Assembly (NCBI GenBank): GCA_963666735.1
Contig: OY762926.1
Location: forward strand, 672,001 to 736,000
DNA: 64,000 nucleotides
Direction of reading: 5' to 3'
Origin: Gemmatimonadota bacterium
Lineage (GTDB): Bacteria; Gemmatimonadota; Gemmatimonadetes; Palauibacterales; Palauibacteraceae
Positions 9,211-21,558 of the stretch are shown piece by piece; within the stretch, counting starts at the first letter, position 1, and each line of letters starts with the position of its first letter. The notes under the pieces were generated by a model, which saw only the letters and a list, made by a program, of their open reading frames with translations, was not told where the DNA came from and did not search any database. Both the position numbers and the translations under genes were made by a program.

Positions 9211-9892
9211 GGTCCCCGGCGTTCAACCCCTCCTCGATTTTCTCCTCGCCCTCCCGGCGGTCACGGCCTATGCGCTGATCACTGCCGGGTCCGCCCTTGA
9301 GAACGTCTTTCCGCCCGTCCCATCCGACACCTTTGTCGTACTCGGCGCCGTGCTTGCGGACAGGGGATCGTTGCAGCCCCTCCCCGTCCTGCTGTGCGCG
9401 TGGATCGCGAACTCCGGCGGCGCCATGGTCGTCTTCGGGCTCGCGCGCCGGCGGGGCCGCGGCGTGTTCGAGACCCGCTGGGGACGGCGCCTCCTGCGCC
9501 CGCACCAGTTCCGGCGTCTGACCCGCTTCTACGAGCGGCACGGGTTGTGGGCCATCTTCTTCGCGCGCTGTCTGCCGGTACTGCGCGTGATCGTGCCTAC
9601 GTTCGCGGGATTCACGGGTTTGGGCGCGATGCGGGCGATGGCCCCGGTCGTGGCCGCATCGCTGCTCTGGAACGGGCTCATGCTTGCGGGGGGGATGTTC
9701 GCCTCGCGAAACGTGGACCGCGTCATGGAGCTTCTCGGCCAGGTCAACGCGTGGCTTCTCCTCGTGGCCGCCATCCTGATCGGCGTCATCATCGGCTGGT
9801 GGGTCCGAAGCCGGCGCGACGAAGCCCCACGGGCGTCCTCGGAATCCGGTGACGACTCGGAGGGCGACGGCGGACTGCGGCCGTCGCCGTGA
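9203..9892 (+). CDS. DedA-family membrane protein
   Basis: ENVFPPVPSD, FYERHG..AIFFARCLPVLR; hydrophobic helices. Confidence 0.88.
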   Translation: MPEVPGVQPLLDFLLALPAVTAYALITAGSALENVFPPVPSDTFVVLGAVLADRGSLQPLPVLLCAWIANSGGAMVVFGLARRRGRGVFETRWGRRLLRPHQFRRLTRFYERHGLWAIFFARCLPVLRVIVPTFAGFTGLGAMRAMAPVVAASLLWNGLMLAGGMFASRNVDRVMELLGQVNAWLLLVAAILIGVIIGWWVRSRRDEAPRASSESGDDSEGDGGLRPSP

Positions 9893-10803
9893 CGGGTGAA
9901 GGCCCCGGCATCGAGCGTGCCTTCCACCTCGAGTCTTTCCGGGACCATCTCGGCTTCGAGCGGGGGCTCTCTCCGCGCACCATCGACGCGTACCTCCGCG
10001 AAGCCCGGCGCTTCGCGGCGTTCGCGGTCTCGGAGGAGGCCGCCGGGCCGGGCGGGGTCACGTATCAACTGCTTCGCGACCATGTCGCGCGGCTGGCCGG
10101 CGAGGGGCGGGCGGCTTCGACTGTCGCGCGGAGCGTCTACGCGCTGCGCGGCTACTTCCGCTTCCTTATCGTCGAGGGCGCGATCGAGTCCGACCCGAGC
10201 GAACGCCTCGAAGCGCCGCGCGCGGGCCGCTCTCTCCCGGATGTGCTTTCCGTCTCCGAGATCGAGGCGCTGATCGGGGCGGTGGATCCGGCAAGCCGCA
10301 CGGCGGCGCGGGACGAGGCGATGCTCGAAATGCTCTACGGGTGCGGGCTTCGCGTGTCGGAACTCCTCGCGCTGAAGGGGCGCGACCTCGACCTCGATGA
10401 AGCCCTCGTGCGCGTGCGGGGGAAGGGGGGAAAGGAGAGGTTCGTGCCGGTCGGGGCGGCTGCGCGCTCGGCGGTGCGCCGATACCTTCGAACCACGAGA
10501 CCGGCGCTCGACCGGGGGCGATCCGCCGGACATATCTTTCTCAATGCCCGGGGGCTTTCGTTGAGCCGCATGGGCGTCTGGAAGATTCTTCGCCGCCACG
10601 TCGAGCGCGCCGGCATCCTGAAGCGCGTGACGCCCCATACGCTGCGCCACAGCTTCGCGACGCACCTGCTCCAGGGAGGCGCCGACCTCGCGTCGGTTCA
10701 GGAGATGCTCGGACATGCAGACATCTCGACGACCGAGATCTACACGCACGTGGACCGGTCGCACCTGCGCCAGGTGCACCGCAGCCATCATCCGCGTGGG
10801 TGA
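9889..10803 (+). CDS. xerD: Site-specific tyrosine recombinase XerD
   Basis: ERGLSPRTIDAY, LEMLYGCGLRVSEL, GKGGKER.VP, TPHTLRHSFATHLL.GGADL..VQEMLGHADISTTEIYTHV, HHPRG end. Confidence 0.92.
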   Translation: MTGEGPGIERAFHLESFRDHLGFERGLSPRTIDAYLREARRFAAFAVSEEAAGPGGVTYQLLRDHVARLAGEGRAASTVARSVYALRGYFRFLIVEGAIESDPSERLEAPRAGRSLPDVLSVSEIEALIGAVDPASRTAARDEAMLEMLYGCGLRVSELLALKGRDLDLDEALVRVRGKGGKERFVPVGAAARSAVRRYLRTTRPALDRGRSAGHIFLNARGLSLSRMGVWKILRRHVERAGILKRVTPHTLRHSFATHLLQGGADLASVQEMLGHADISTTEIYTHVDRSHLRQVHRSHHPRG

Positions 10804-10812
10804 GCGACGTCG

Positions 10813-11355
10813 ATGAGGTTGACCCGCCTCCTCCACCTGTCGCGCAACCGGCGTCCGGTCCGGCGTTTCCGTGATCGGCTCGTCGAGCCCGAGGTTGTCG
10901 ACGCGGTGCTGGAGGCGGCGCGCTACGCATCGTCCGCACGGGAGGCGCAACCCTGGCGCCTCGTCGTCGTGCAGGCGGCGCTGGCGCGCCACAGGATCGC
11001 GGCGGCCGCCTTCAACCATCCCCATGTGAAGACGGCGCCCGTCGTCGTCGCCTGCTGCGCGCGCATCCACTCGCACGTGAGCGGCACGGGCCGTCCGAGC
11101 TTCGCCATGGACCTCGCGTCCGCGACCCAGACGATGATGCTGACGGCGGCGGACCTCGGCGTGCAGTCGAGCTGGGTGTACGGCTTCCGGGAGGGCGACG
11201 TGCGCTCGATCCTGGGCGTTCCGGAGCACATCCCGGTCGTGGCCCTCTTCTGCCTCGGCTATCACGATGGGCTGGCGGAACTGCCGGAGCGGCTGCCGCG
11301 CGAGGAGGTCATCGCCTGGGACCGCTGGCGGACGGCGGCGAGGGTCGCCGAGTGA
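10813..11355 (+). CDS. Nitroreductase-family protein
   Basis: RRPVRRF, LEAARYASSA..AQPWRLVVV, MMLTAADLGV.S.WV. Confidence 0.85.
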   Translation: MRLTRLLHLSRNRRPVRRFRDRLVEPEVVDAVLEAARYASSAREAQPWRLVVVQAALARHRIAAAAFNHPHVKTAPVVVACCARIHSHVSGTGRPSFAMDLASATQTMMLTAADLGVQSSWVYGFREGDVRSILGVPEHIPVVALFCLGYHDGLAELPERLPREEVIAWDRWRTAARVAE

Positions 11356-12968
11356 GGCGCCCCGGGCTTGTCATGGCGGCGGCCGCGGGGCTGGCCGCCG
11401 GGGCGCCGGCCGCGCTGCACGGGCAGGATGTGCGACTGGCGGGGGAGCCTCGCTCGGACGCGCAGGCGGCGCTCGCGGCCGTTCTCGAAGTTGGCGGTTT
11501 CACGGTGTGGGCGACGGACACGGTGCTGGCCCGGGGAGACACGGTGCGGGGACCCGTCCTCCTGCTCGAGGGCACCGCGCGCATCGCCGGGCGGATCGAG
11601 GGCGACCTCTACGTCGTGGACGGCGACCTTTTCCTCCGCTCCGGCGCCTCCATCACCGGCAACGTGCTGGTGCTGGCGGGCGGGTTCTACGACTCGGACC
11701 TGGCGGAAGTCGGGGGCACCCTCACCTATCGTCCGAACGAACCGCTGCGCGTCCGGCCCACGCGGGGCGGTTTCGAGATCATCTCCGAAGTCGAACCGGA
11801 GCCCGCCTTCGAACTCGACGGCACGTACGGCTTCCACCTCCCGAGCTACGACCGCGTGAACGGCCTTTCGCTTCCGGTCGGCGCGCTGGCCCGCCTTTCG
11901 GGCATCCCGGGGCGGCCCGAACTCGCGGGCGGCGTCACCTGGATTCCGGCCGGCGGGGAAGTGGACTACCGCCTCCACAACTCCTGGCGCCTCGCCGAAC
12001 GCGTCCGGCTGGGTCTGTTCGCGACCCGTGCCGCGGTCAGCAACGAGGAATGGATCCGCCCGGCGTGGTACAACAGCCTGGCCCATTTCGTAGCCGGCGA
12101 CGATGTCCGCGGCCACTACGATTCCGAACAGTTCGGGGTCGAACTGGAGCTGATGTCGGCGGAGCCGCCGGTGTGGGAGGAAGCTCCGCGCTGGCGGCTC
12201 GTGATCTCGGGCGGCCGCGAGGAGGCGGAGAGCCTTCGCTTCCGCGACGTGACCGTCCTCTTCGGCGGGGAAGAGCCGTCCTCCCTTCCGTCGCTGCCGG
12301 CGTACGATCCCCAGCTCCGGGTCAACGAAGGAAGCCTCTGGTTCACGCGCCTCGGCTTCGAGTGGACGTCGCAGACCCGGGAGGGGCGAACCGCGATCGG
12401 CCTCGGTGTCGAGGCCGGATTCGAGGATGATATTCGGCGATTGGAGGTTGGGTTCCCGCCCTCGGGGGCTCCGAACCGTCCCGTCAGTTCGTACGACTTT
12501 CTCCTCGCGGAGGGGCGTGTTGCCGCTCGTCGCGTGACGGCATCGGGGCATGCCGTTGAGGCGTTCGCGATCGGGCGCCTCGACGTGAGCGGCCGTCTGC
12601 CCATGCAGCGCTACTCGATGATCGGGGGCATCGGGACGCTGCCGACGATGCCCCTGCGCGGCCTGCGCGGCCCCCGCTTGCTATATGCCGAGACTGCCTA
12701 CGCGATCCCGCTTCTCGGCGATGCGGCGTTCGGAGGACTGGACGCGTTCGCGCGAGGGAGCGCCGGGGGGATCGGGTCGGAAGGGGACGGTTTCGATCTG
12801 TACGGGTCGGTGCAGGGCGGCCTGGCGCTGCGGATGTGGGATTTCCGGTTCGAGTTCGGGGCCGCCGCCGGCTCCACCGCCGAGCCCGGCGATCCCGGCC
12901 TCATCGCCTTCGTCGACATCCGAACGCGCAAGGCGCACACGCCCACGCGCATGACGCCACGCAGGTAA
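11352..12968 (+). CDS. Hypothetical exported protein; bactofilin-like beta repeats at the N-terminus plus a probable beta-barrel
   Basis: Signal-like N-terminus (AAAAGLAAGAPAALHG-Q); G-D/N-V/L repeats; amphipathic beta-strand pattern; GTGA overlap with the upstream gene. Confidence 0.6.
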   Translation: MRRPGLVMAAAAGLAAGAPAALHGQDVRLAGEPRSDAQAALAAVLEVGGFTVWATDTVLARGDTVRGPVLLLEGTARIAGRIEGDLYVVDGDLFLRSGASITGNVLVLAGGFYDSDLAEVGGTLTYRPNEPLRVRPTRGGFEIISEVEPEPAFELDGTYGFHLPSYDRVNGLSLPVGALARLSGIPGRPELAGGVTWIPAGGEVDYRLHNSWRLAERVRLGLFATRAAVSNEEWIRPAWYNSLAHFVAGDDVRGHYDSEQFGVELELMSAEPPVWEEAPRWRLVISGGREEAESLRFRDVTVLFGGEEPSSLPSLPAYDPQLRVNEGSLWFTRLGFEWTSQTREGRTAIGLGVEAGFEDDIRRLEVGFPPSGAPNRPVSSYDFLLAEGRVAARRVTASGHAVEAFAIGRLDVSGRLPMQRYSMIGGIGTLPTMPLRGLRGPRLLYAETAYAIPLLGDAAFGGLDAFARGSAGGIGSEGDGFDLYGSVQGGLALRMWDFRFEFGAAAGSTAEPGDPGLIAFVDIRTRKAHTPTRMTPRR

Positions 12969-12971
12969 GGC

Positions 12972-13982
12972 CTACCCGGATGTCCGATGGCCGACTCGAC
13001 GCGCGATTTCGCCGGCCAGTTCCCTGAAGTCCTTGAAGGCCGCTGCCGCCGCCACCGCGTGGCTGCCAATGGCGCCGTCGGCCGGCGAGAGCTTGAAGAT
13101 CGGCTTCCGTGCGTCCTGCCCCAGCGGGACGAGACTACGATAGTGCTTGATGGTCGCGATACAGTTTTCATCCGACTCGGCATTCGGAGCGACATCGGCC
13201 GGCGACTCTTCCAATACGCTACGAGCGTATTCGGCGGGCATCCGCTTGGCCCAGCGATCGTAGGCCCGCACGGGGCGACGGAGCCGCACTCCATGTTGCT
13301 GAATCAGGTAGCCCAACGGCTCCATTCTACCCTTCGGCAACGGAAATCCCGGCTTGTCCCAATTCCTCACGCGCTGGTTCCACTCGTCTCTCCAGCGTCG
13401 CAGCGTCGGCCCAAGGTTGCGGAGTCCCTGGCGCGAGAACAAATCGGCCCCCAGAGGGACGACCACGAAGTCCGTGGCGATGAGGGCGGATCGGTTGATC
13501 GCCCCCAGGCTTGGCCCCACATCGACGAGGACGATATCCGCCCCGCAGCGCTCGGCCCCCCGCTGCAGCACCTGCCAGAAGGCTGTTACAACTCTGAACG
13601 GACGGTACATGTTCCGGCTTCCGAGGCAATTCGGCCATTCCGCGGAGAGAAGGTCCTCGAAGCCGGAGAGCGCGAGGTCCCCTGGTATGAGGCTCAGGGT
13701 GTCGGAAAGGTGCTGCAGGTTGGGCCGCCGGATGTCGCCGACTTGTGCGAGCGGAGCGATGCACTGGGCCATCGTGTCGGTCTTCTCACCCGAGTCGTCG
13801 CGCCACAGTCGCTCCACGATCTCCTCCGACAGGAAGGCCGCCGTGAGGTTGGCCTGCGGATCCAGGTCGACGGCGAGAACGCGGCGATCGAGTTCCGAGA
13901 ACATCCACGCGAGGTGATAGACCAGCGACGTCTTCCCAACCCCCCCCTTGTTGTTGAAGAAGGTGAGCACAGGCACCGTCAT
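12972..13982 (-). CDS. Orphan ParA/Soj-like ATPase (AAA_31)
   Basis: FFNNKGGVGKT deviant Walker A, VDLDPQANLT, PGDLAL, DVGPSLGAINR; ATG overlaps the stop of the upstream gene (ATGA). Confidence 0.9.
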   Translation of the reverse strand: MTVPVLTFFNNKGGVGKTSLVYHLAWMFSELDRRVLAVDLDPQANLTAAFLSEEIVERLWRDDSGEKTDTMAQCIAPLAQVGDIRRPNLQHLSDTLSLIPGDLALSGFEDLLSAEWPNCLGSRNMYRPFRVVTAFWQVLQRGAERCGADIVLVDVGPSLGAINRSALIATDFVVVPLGADLFSRQGLRNLGPTLRRWRDEWNQRVRNWDKPGFPLPKGRMEPLGYLIQQHGVRLRRPVRAYDRWAKRMPAEYARSVLEESPADVAPNAESDENCIATIKHYRSLVPLGQDARKPIFKLSPADGAIGSHAVAAAAAFKDFRELAGEIARRVGHRTSG

Positions 13983-14882
13983 GGCCGAACTCTCACCGTA
14001 CAATTCACCCAGTGTGCGTCGACGTCGAATACCGGCTCGGATTGCCCGTTCTCGATCAGTTTCCGGCGCGCAAGTGGAATGCCGACGCCGTATCGCTGGA
14101 CCAGTCCCAGAGCGCGCATCGCCTCCGCCAGATTGGGATTACGATATGAAACGATACCAGGTCGACCGAAGTTGTCGGTGGTCACACCGCCGTACGGCCC
14201 TCCTGGATTGGTTATCTCGATGCGATCGTCGAACCAGTACACATGGACAGGTGCGTTGACGCCTTCGTAAGTCCGATGCATCACGGCGTTCCGCACCAGT
14301 TGTTGCAATGCCGTCAAGGGGTACGTCCGGCGACGTCGATCTGTATGCCCGGACGCGATGTCGACCGCCGTGCGATTGTTGGCCATCAACTTCTCGTCCA
14401 GGCGGCGCATCATGTGAACGATCGGCCCATCGCACCGAGCTTCGTCCACAATATCGTCGGCCAATGTCGTTCCCGCGATGCGCAGAAACTGGATGTAGGC
14501 GTCCGGAAGGAAGTCCTGGGGGCGCGTGCCGATCACGAGCATGCCGGTGACCGTGGGCAGGGGATCGTCCGCGGTGGCGACCATCTTCGTCGCCGCCAGG
14601 CGCTCCGGAAGGCTGCGCTCGTTACTCTCAAGTACCTCGCGACTCACGGCCTGCGGGAGGTATTCCTCCTCAAACCGCCGCAGGTCGAGATCGCCATCGG
14701 CAGTGGCCGTTGCGAGAGGCTGTGCATCGAACGGCGCATCGCCGTATCGCCGTTTCTCATTGAGAATGCGCTCGTCCTGAGCGGTGGCGATGTCCCGGCG
14801 TGGCCCCACGCGGATCCAGATCCGTGGAGTTGCCCCGCTTTGACGGACACCTATCCATTGGGGTCAAGCAAGGAGGTGTTCC

Positions 14883-15197
14883 ATGGCGGGCCGGAAGGGG
14901 CGGTATCCATCCGAGTACAGGGAGCGGCTGGTGGAACTGGTGAGGGGCGGGCGTAGTGCCGCGTCACTCGCCCGGAAGTTCGAGCCGTCGGAGCAGACGA
15001 TCCGGAACTGGGTCCGGCAGGCGGATGTGGACGAGGGGTTCCGTAGCGACGGGCTGACAACGGAGGCGCGCAGCGAGTTGCGGCGCCTGGAGCGGGAGAA
15101 CAAGCGGCTCAGGATGGAGCGCGACATCCTAAAAAAAGCCGCGGCCTGGTTCGCGAGGGAGAGCGGATCGATCCCCGGCGGGGGTATGCGTTCATGA
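14883..15197 (+). CDS. IS3 transposase OrfA (HTH + leucine zipper)
   Basis: YPSEYRERLV..SEQTIRNWVRQ, ELRRLERENKRLRMERDILKKAAAWFA; AAGGAGG RBS. Confidence 0.94.
   Translation: MAGRKGRYPSEYRERLVELVRGGRSAASLARKFEPSEQTIRNWVRQADVDEGFRSDGLTTEARSELRRLERENKRLRMERDILKKAAAWFARESGSIPGGGMRS
15131..15138 (+). other. Programmed -1 frameshift slippery site AAAAAAAG (OrfAB fusion)
   Basis: A7G run in ILKKA; the -1 frame is open into OrfB (in frame with ATG 15194). Confidence 0.8.
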
Positions 15198-16042
15198 GGG
15201 CGCACCGGGCCGAGTTCCCGCTTCGGGCCATGTGCCGGGTGCTGGGTCTCTCCCCCAGCGGCTACTACGACTGGTTGAGGCGTCCTCCCTCGGACCGCGC
15301 GCGTCGGGACGCGGAACTGGAGGCCCGGATCGCGAAGATATGGACCGGCAGCGGCGAGACGTACGGCCGTCCGCGGATCCACGCGGCGCTCAGGGCCGAG
15401 GGCGAGCGGGTGGGGCAGAAGCGCGTGGGGCGGCTGATGAGGGGGCTGGAGATCGAGGGCGCGACCAGGCGGCGCTTCAAGACGGCGACGACGAAGAGGG
15501 ATACCGAGGCCCGCCCCGCGCCGGACCTGGTGGACCGTGACTTCTCGGCCTCGGGGCCCGACGAGCTGTGGGTGGCCGACATCACCTACGTCCCCACGTG
15601 GGCTGGCTGGCTGTATCTGGCCGTCGTGCTCGACGTCTGGAGCCGCCGCGTCGTCGGCTGGGCCATGGCGACGCACATGCGGACCGAGCTCGTCGAGACC
15701 GCGCTGGCGATGGCTCTCGCAAGGCGTCGTCCCGAGGGTCGTGTCGTGCATCATTCCGACAGGGGCTCGCAGTACACCTCGCTCGCCTTCGGGGAGCGCT
15801 GCCGCGAGTCGGGCATCGCCCAGTCCATGGGCTCGGCGGGCGATGCGTACGACAACGCCATGTGCGAGAGCTTCTTCGCCACCCTCGAGTGCGAGCTGAT
15901 CTGGAAGCGCTCGTTCCGCACGGCGGATGAGGCGCGACGGGAGGTCTTCGGCTTCATCGAGGGCTTCTACAACACCCGGCGGCTGCACTCGGCACTCGGC
16001 TACGAGTCGCCGGCCGACTACGAGAGCAACCATGCGGCCTGA
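15194..16042 (+). CDS. IS3 transposase OrfB (integrase core, DDE)
   Basis: YGRPRI, WVADITY, HHSDRGSQY, DNAMCESFF, YNTRRLHSALGY.SP. Confidence 0.95.
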   Translation: MRAHRAEFPLRAMCRVLGLSPSGYYDWLRRPPSDRARRDAELEARIAKIWTGSGETYGRPRIHAALRAEGERVGQKRVGRLMRGLEIEGATRRRFKTATTKRDTEARPAPDLVDRDFSASGPDELWVADITYVPTWAGWLYLAVVLDVWSRRVVGWAMATHMRTELVETALAMALARRRPEGRVVHHSDRGSQYTSLAFGERCRESGIAQSMGSAGDAYDNAMCESFFATLECELIWKRSFRTADEARREVFGFIEGFYNTRRLHSALGYESPADYESNHAA

Positions 16043-16643
16043 GGCGCACCCGCGGCGCGCACCGACATCCTCTCCCGAGCGCCTGAGGGAGGCTGAAAGG
16101 AGAAGAACCGGAGGCGATCAACCACAGAAACTAACCGTCCGTGAAAGCGGGACAGCTCCACCGCCCTTTGAAGCGAACGGGAGGGGAATCGGATGGCTGG
16201 ACGGTGATCACTGCGATATCGGCACCGTGTAAATTGCATCGCTGGACAGAAAGTGACGGTGGTGGAACCGTGTTCCCGTCGGTCTTGATGTCGGACAGCT
16301 GCCGAAGCAGTTCATCCGTGATCTCCAGTCCCGTTGGGGTTCCTTTGTCGGTTGCCCCTACGAAGACGACCCTCGGTTGACCGTGGCCGGGGAGATCGTT
16401 CGCCATCGCGCATACGGCCTGCCTGATCGTCTTCCGTGCGTCTCCCGCGAGCGATTCCTTTCTTTCGACGAGGTCGGACTCGATGTCTGCCAGCATGATT
16501 TCGAGTTCATCGTCGGAATAGGCCAAGTTCATCGCTCGGGATCGAAAGGTTGTCATCGCGGGGCGGCCCCGGCCGCCATACCGATGCATCATATGCCAAC
16601 GAGCTGGCCAGACGCGAGTTTCGGGGACGCGCCGGGCACCGTT

Positions 16644-16672
16644 TTGACAACCCCGGAGCGCGGGCCTAGCTT
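16644..16672 (+). promoter_or_regulatory. Sigma70-type promoter for the kdsB operon
   Basis: TTGACA (16644-16649), 17-bp spacer, TAGCTT (16667-16672), about 40 bp upstream of kdsB. Confidence 0.65.
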
Positions 16673-16713
16673 CTTGCGATGCCGCTTCGGACCGACTCCC
16701 GGCCTCCCCAGCG

Positions 16714-20017
<3,304 letters not shown>

Positions 20018-20030
20018 GAGCCCGCTCCCA

Positions 20031-20603
20031 ATGAATCCGAGACCGCCGATGGATCGCCGATTAGCGGAGTCCGTTCGCTTCGTGTCCCTCGATGTGGACG
20101 GCGTGCTCACGGACGGTTCGATCTGGGTCGGCGCGGACTCGGCCCTCGGCGCACCGCGGGATCTGCGTCGCTTTCACGCCCTCGATGGCCTGGCGATCCG
20201 GATGATGCAGCGGGCGGGCCTCGTGATCGCGTTCCTCAGTGGCAAGCGCTCGGCCGCCGTTCGCCTGCGGGCGCGCGAGCTGGACATTGCGGAGGTTTCG
20301 CTCGGTTCCCGAGAGGGAAAGCTTTCGGCCCTTCGGGGTATGCTGGCGCGATGCGGTTGCACCTGGGACCAGGCTGCGCACCTTGGCGACGACCTCACGG
20401 ACCTGGCCGTCATGGAACGGGTGGGGTTGCCGGCCGCCGTCGTCGGCGCCGTGCCCGAAGTCCGGGCCGGCGCGACGTGGGTGGGGACGGTGCCCGGCGG
20501 GGAAGGGGCCGTGCGCGAATTTGCGGAAGCCCTGCTCGTCGCCCGAGGGGAGTGGGATGGGCTGGTTACGGAGTTCCGGGAAGGAGGACGGTTTGCGGGT
20601 TGA
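20031..20603 (+). CDS. kdsC: KDO-8-phosphate phosphatase (HAD)
   Basis: LDVDGVLTDG, F...DG.AI, GDDLTD, GGEGAVRE. Confidence 0.93.
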   Translation: MNPRPPMDRRLAESVRFVSLDVDGVLTDGSIWVGADSALGAPRDLRRFHALDGLAIRMMQRAGLVIAFLSGKRSAAVRLRARELDIAEVSLGSREGKLSALRGMLARCGCTWDQAAHLGDDLTDLAVMERVGLPAAVVGAVPEVRAGATWVGTVPGGEGAVREFAEALLVARGEWDGLVTEFREGGRFAG

Positions 20604-21558
20604 GGGGGTTGAAAGGCGGGAGCGTGCGGGCAGCGCGCGCGCGCGAAAGAGTGGGACCGACACGCTGGGGGGACCGGCGCGCCTCAGCCTGTTCGCCTGG
20701 GTTTCGCTGCTGCCCTTATTCGCCGCGTGCGGGTCCGGCGATGCGCCTCCGACCGCGAGCGAGCCCCTGCCCGAAGGGGTGGATACCGCCGTTCGAGGGA
20801 TGCGGACGTTCGTTACGCGCGACGGAATCCGGCGCGCGGTCGTGGACGCCAATACGGCGGAGTGGCACGCGGAGAACGAGATTCACCTGCGGGAGATGAC
20901 GCTGACCTTCTTCGATCCGCGCGGAATGGAATCGACGGAGGTGACCGCGGAGTTCGGGATCTTCCATCAACTCACCGGCGACCTCGAGGCCGAGGGGCAG
21001 GTGGTCGTGGAGGACCGTCTGGACGACCAGCGTCTCGAGACGGAGCGTCTCCGATATCAGAATCTCGATGGTCGTCTGTACGGCGATACCGCGTTTCGTC
21101 TCCTGCGGGGGGTGGAGGGTCTGACCCTCGACGGGACGGCGTTCGAGTCGGATCCGTCGCTCGACTCGGTCGTCGTCCTGAATCAGGCAGGAGAGATGCT
21201 ACCCCAGGTCGTCTACTCGGAGGCGATTCCCCTGCCGGCGGATCCGGTCGGGGATACCGCGGGAGTCGCCGAGGAGCCCGTTGCCGAGGCGCGGGGCGCG
21301 GACGAACCGGCGCCGGTGGACTCGACGGCGGCGGAGATCGATCCGGCGGCGCTCCCGGCGCAGGATTCCGCGGCGGCGGCGGCGGACAGTACGGGGATAT
21401 TGCCCGACAGCGTGACGGCGCGCGCGGACAGTGCGACCGTGCTGCCCGACACGACGGAAGCCCCGGCGGACAGCCTGGCGGCGCCCCCCGACACGACGGG
21501 AGCCCTGCCGGACAGCCTGGCGGCGCCCCCCGATACCACCGCGGCGACGCGCCCGTGA
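20593..21558 (+). CDS. lptC: LPS export protein LptC-like lipoprotein with a low-complexity D-S/T-rich tail
   Basis: Position kdsC-X-X-lptB; lipobox-like LFAA-C; LTFFD...VTAEFG...GQVVV...LETERLRY; TTG 20593 after GGAGG (start uncertain). Confidence 0.75.
   Translation: MRVEGVERRERAGSARARKSGTDTLGGPARLSLFAWVSLLPLFAACGSGDAPPTASEPLPEGVDTAVRGMRTFVTRDGIRRAVVDANTAEWHAENEIHLREMTLTFFDPRGMESTEVTAEFGIFHQLTGDLEAEGQVVVEDRLDDQRLETERLRYQNLDGRLYGDTAFRLLRGVEGLTLDGTAFESDPSLDSVVVLNQAGEMLPQVVYSEAIPLPADPVGDTAGVAEEPVAEARGADEPAPVDSTAAEIDPAALPAQDSAAAAADSTGILPDSVTARADSATVLPDTTEAPADSLAAPPDTTGALPDSLAAPPDTTAATRP
21445..21539 (+). repeat. 42-bp tandem repeat (about 2.3 copies) encoding PDTT.A..DSLAAP
   Basis: CGGACAGCCTGGCGGCGCCCCCCGA identical at 21467 and 21509. 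Confidence 0.85.

Larger units (their letters stand above)
14825..16160 (+). mobile_element. IS3-family insertion sequence (1336 bp)
   Basis: TG...CA ends; 24-bp IRs TGGAGTTGCCCCGCTTTGACGGAC versus reverse complement TGGAGCTGTCCCGCTTTCACGGAC; 3-bp CCG target duplication at 14822-14824 and 16161-16163. Confidence 0.96.
13979..16532 (-). pseudogene. Schlafen/AlbA_2 + HATPase_c_4 domain protein, interrupted by IS3
   Basis: 5' part 16532-16161 (ESDLVERK, CAMAN, VFVGATDKG, PVRFKGR) joins in frame to 3' part 14821-13979 (IWIRVGPRR..., LVRNAVMHRTY, IEITNPGG, YRNPNLAEAM..LGLVQRYGVG) once the IS and one CCG copy are removed; 404 aa reconstructed. Confidence 0.9.

Noticed and set aside
9889..10803. 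Tyrosine recombinase as the integrase of a genomic island
   Set aside because: Length and motifs match housekeeping XerD, it overlaps core genes, and no att repeats or tRNA are nearby.
12972..13982. ParA as the chromosome or plasmid partition protein
   Set aside because: No parB, parS or rep adjacent; it lies near the inferred terminus and is coupled to a Schlafen-domain gene.
16575..16600. TGGCATATGATGC on the minus strand as a sigma-54 promoter
   Set aside because: GG-to-GC spacing is 8 nt, not the required 10.
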